Below, one piece after another: positions 39,183 to 40,223 of a stretch of DNA of 40,223 bases. Each line of letters starts with the position of its first letter. Positions within the stretch are counted from its first letter, which is position 1. The notes under the pieces were generated by a model. It saw only the letters and a program-made list of their open reading frames with translations. It was not told the DNA's origin and did no database searches. The stretch covers positions 1 through 40,223 of the forward strand of contig JARFQI010000071.1 in the NCBI GenBank assembly GCA_029287855.1, in the 5' to 3' direction. The stretch is from Arenicellales bacterium (lineage in GTDB: Bacteria > Pseudomonadota > Gammaproteobacteria > BMS3Bbin11). A program made the position numbers and the translations under genes.

Positions 39183-39287
39183 CGTTAGTAAATAGCACTA
39201 ACATCCTGGTCCAGCAACCCTCATCTGATACACCCCCGACTACTGGACTAGAAGATTCAGACCCCTTGTTTTCAAGGGGTTTTTTTT
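39183..39287 (+). ncRNA. Candidate small RNA, copy 2
   Basis: 5' hairpin GTTAGT/ACTAAC, stem CTGGTCCAG/CTGGACTAG enclosing a 28-nt loop CAACCCTCATCTGATACACCCCCGACTA, then a terminator. Confidence 0.6.
39261..39287 (+). terminator. Intrinsic terminator upstream of the algZ-like gene
   Basis: ACCCCTTG-TTTT-CAAGGGGT-T7. Confidence 0.82.
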
Positions 39288-39350
39288 ATCGCTACTGCTA
39301 TCATGTTCATTGCCACACCTGAAGTCGATCTTTATGGTCGAGACACTCGA

Positions 39351-40223
39351 ATGAGCAAGAAACAAGCTAAAGCGACAGAGACAATAACGCCTCCTGACTA
39401 CACAACTTCTGTAACGGGTATCCTGTTGCTCGCAGCATTACTGACCAGCCTGGTCATAACTGCGGCTCGGTACAACACATGGAACAGCAGTATTATCCCT
39501 GACTTCAGTGCGCTGCTGGCTGCGAGCATTCTGATTGCAGTATCAGATGCACTGGTACTAAAACTTTTCAATCCAATCCTTAAATCGCGGCCACTCATCA
39601 TCAACCTGATCGCTGCTTATTTGCTGCTAATGTCAACCACATTTATTATTGGCTATGGCCTTTATAACCTTGTTGTTGACAATTGGTCATTTAAGATATC
39701 AGGCGACTGGGCAAAGATTTCACCAATGCAGGTTTTCATTATTGCCAGCATAAGCTATTTTATAGTGTTAATGGTTCTATTACAGAAATCAAAAACCAGC
39801 GCCATCAGAAAATCATTTCAGACCGCCAATCTACAGGCCCTGCAGTCACGTATACGGCCACATTTTATGTTTAACAGCATGAATAGCATTGCCGGGCTAA
39901 TAAGAAACAATCCTGAGATGGCCGAGCATGCATTGCAGGACCTGGCTGACCTGATTCGTGTACTGATGGCCGATGTTCGTAATCTGGTCCCGTTGGTAGC
40001 CGAAATAGAAACATCAAAACAGTATCTGAAAATTGAAAAACTCCGCCTCGGTGACAGGCTCAGCGTACAATGGCATTTAAAACATATACCAGAAAATTGT
40101 TTCGTGCCATCGTTGATTCTGCAGCCACTGCTGGAAAATGCTGTTTATCACGGTATTGAGCCCAGTTTTGGCGGTGGCGTTATTGATATAGACATGCGAG
40201 CTGACAAAGACACGGTAAAGGTC
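39351..40223 (+). CDS. algZ: LytS-type sensor histidine kinase AlgZ/FimS (partial, runs off the window)
   Basis: Not in the ORF track. Manual translation from ATG 39351 gives about four TM helices, then LQALQSRIRPHFMFNSMNSIA, YLKIEKLRLGDRL and LQPLLENAVYHGI; divergent from argH as in Pseudomonas; extended -10 TGCTATCAT at 39296-39304. Confidence 0.88.
   Translation, partial: MSKKQAKATETITPPDYTTSVTGILLLAALLTSLVITAARYNTWNSSIIPDFSALLAASILIAVSDALVLKLFNPILKSRPLIINLIAAYLLLMSTTFIIGYGLYNLVVDNWSFKISGDWAKISPMQVFIIASISYFIVLMVLLQKSKTSAIRKSFQTANLQALQSRIRPHFMFNSMNSIAGLIRNNPEMAEHALQDLADLIRVLMADVRNLVPLVAEIETSKQYLKIEKLRLGDRLSVQWHLKHIPENCFVPSLILQPLLENAVYHGIEPSFGGGVIDIDMRADKDTVKV

Noticed and set aside
39035-39322. 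95-aa ORF overlapping ncRNA copy 2
   Set aside because: It runs through a strong terminator, has no recognisable domain or good SD, and the paralogous copy 1 region has no matching ORF.
39183-39350. Copy 2 as an attenuator/riboswitch leader of algZ
   Set aside because: Disfavoured, not excluded: copy 1 has the same structure with no gene behind it, and algZ has its own extended -10 (39296-39304) after the terminator.

Overview
A largely core-genome window from a gammaproteobacterium. A sulfur-globule-protein-like gene suggests a sulfur-storing oxidiser (inference). Contents in order: tRNA-Gly(CCC), slyD, an outer-membrane beta-barrel, a START-like protein, PIN-PhoH, a cytoplasmic kinase plus REC-PAS-GGDEF-EAL pair, mutY-yggX-tRNA-Phe, the oxidative pentose phosphate genes (gnd, zwf, pgl) interrupted by hdeD and a CMD-Rieske fusion, a tectonin-like secreted protein, an EEP lipoprotein, AsmA, an acetate module (DUF4212-actP-hypothetical-cNMP/CBS/nucleotidyltransferase-DnaQ-like exonuclease-acs), a decayed cNMP-binding gene, the sulfur globule protein, lptM-lysA-short secretin-M48-tolC, cyaY, argH, and a partial AlgZ/FimS-type kinase running off the end. 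I saw no integrase, transposase or CRISPR array. The best candidate for something undescribed lies in the 740-bp argH-algZ spacer. It holds two paralogous ~95-105 nt structured non-coding units, each with a covarying stem, a C-rich CCCTCATC...ACCCC loop and its own intrinsic terminator. Each is preceded by an AlgR/LytTR-like box exactly 62 bp upstream of a -10 hexamer. This looks like twin sRNAs controlled by the adjacent two-component system. All calls come from reading the sequence by eye; no searches were run.
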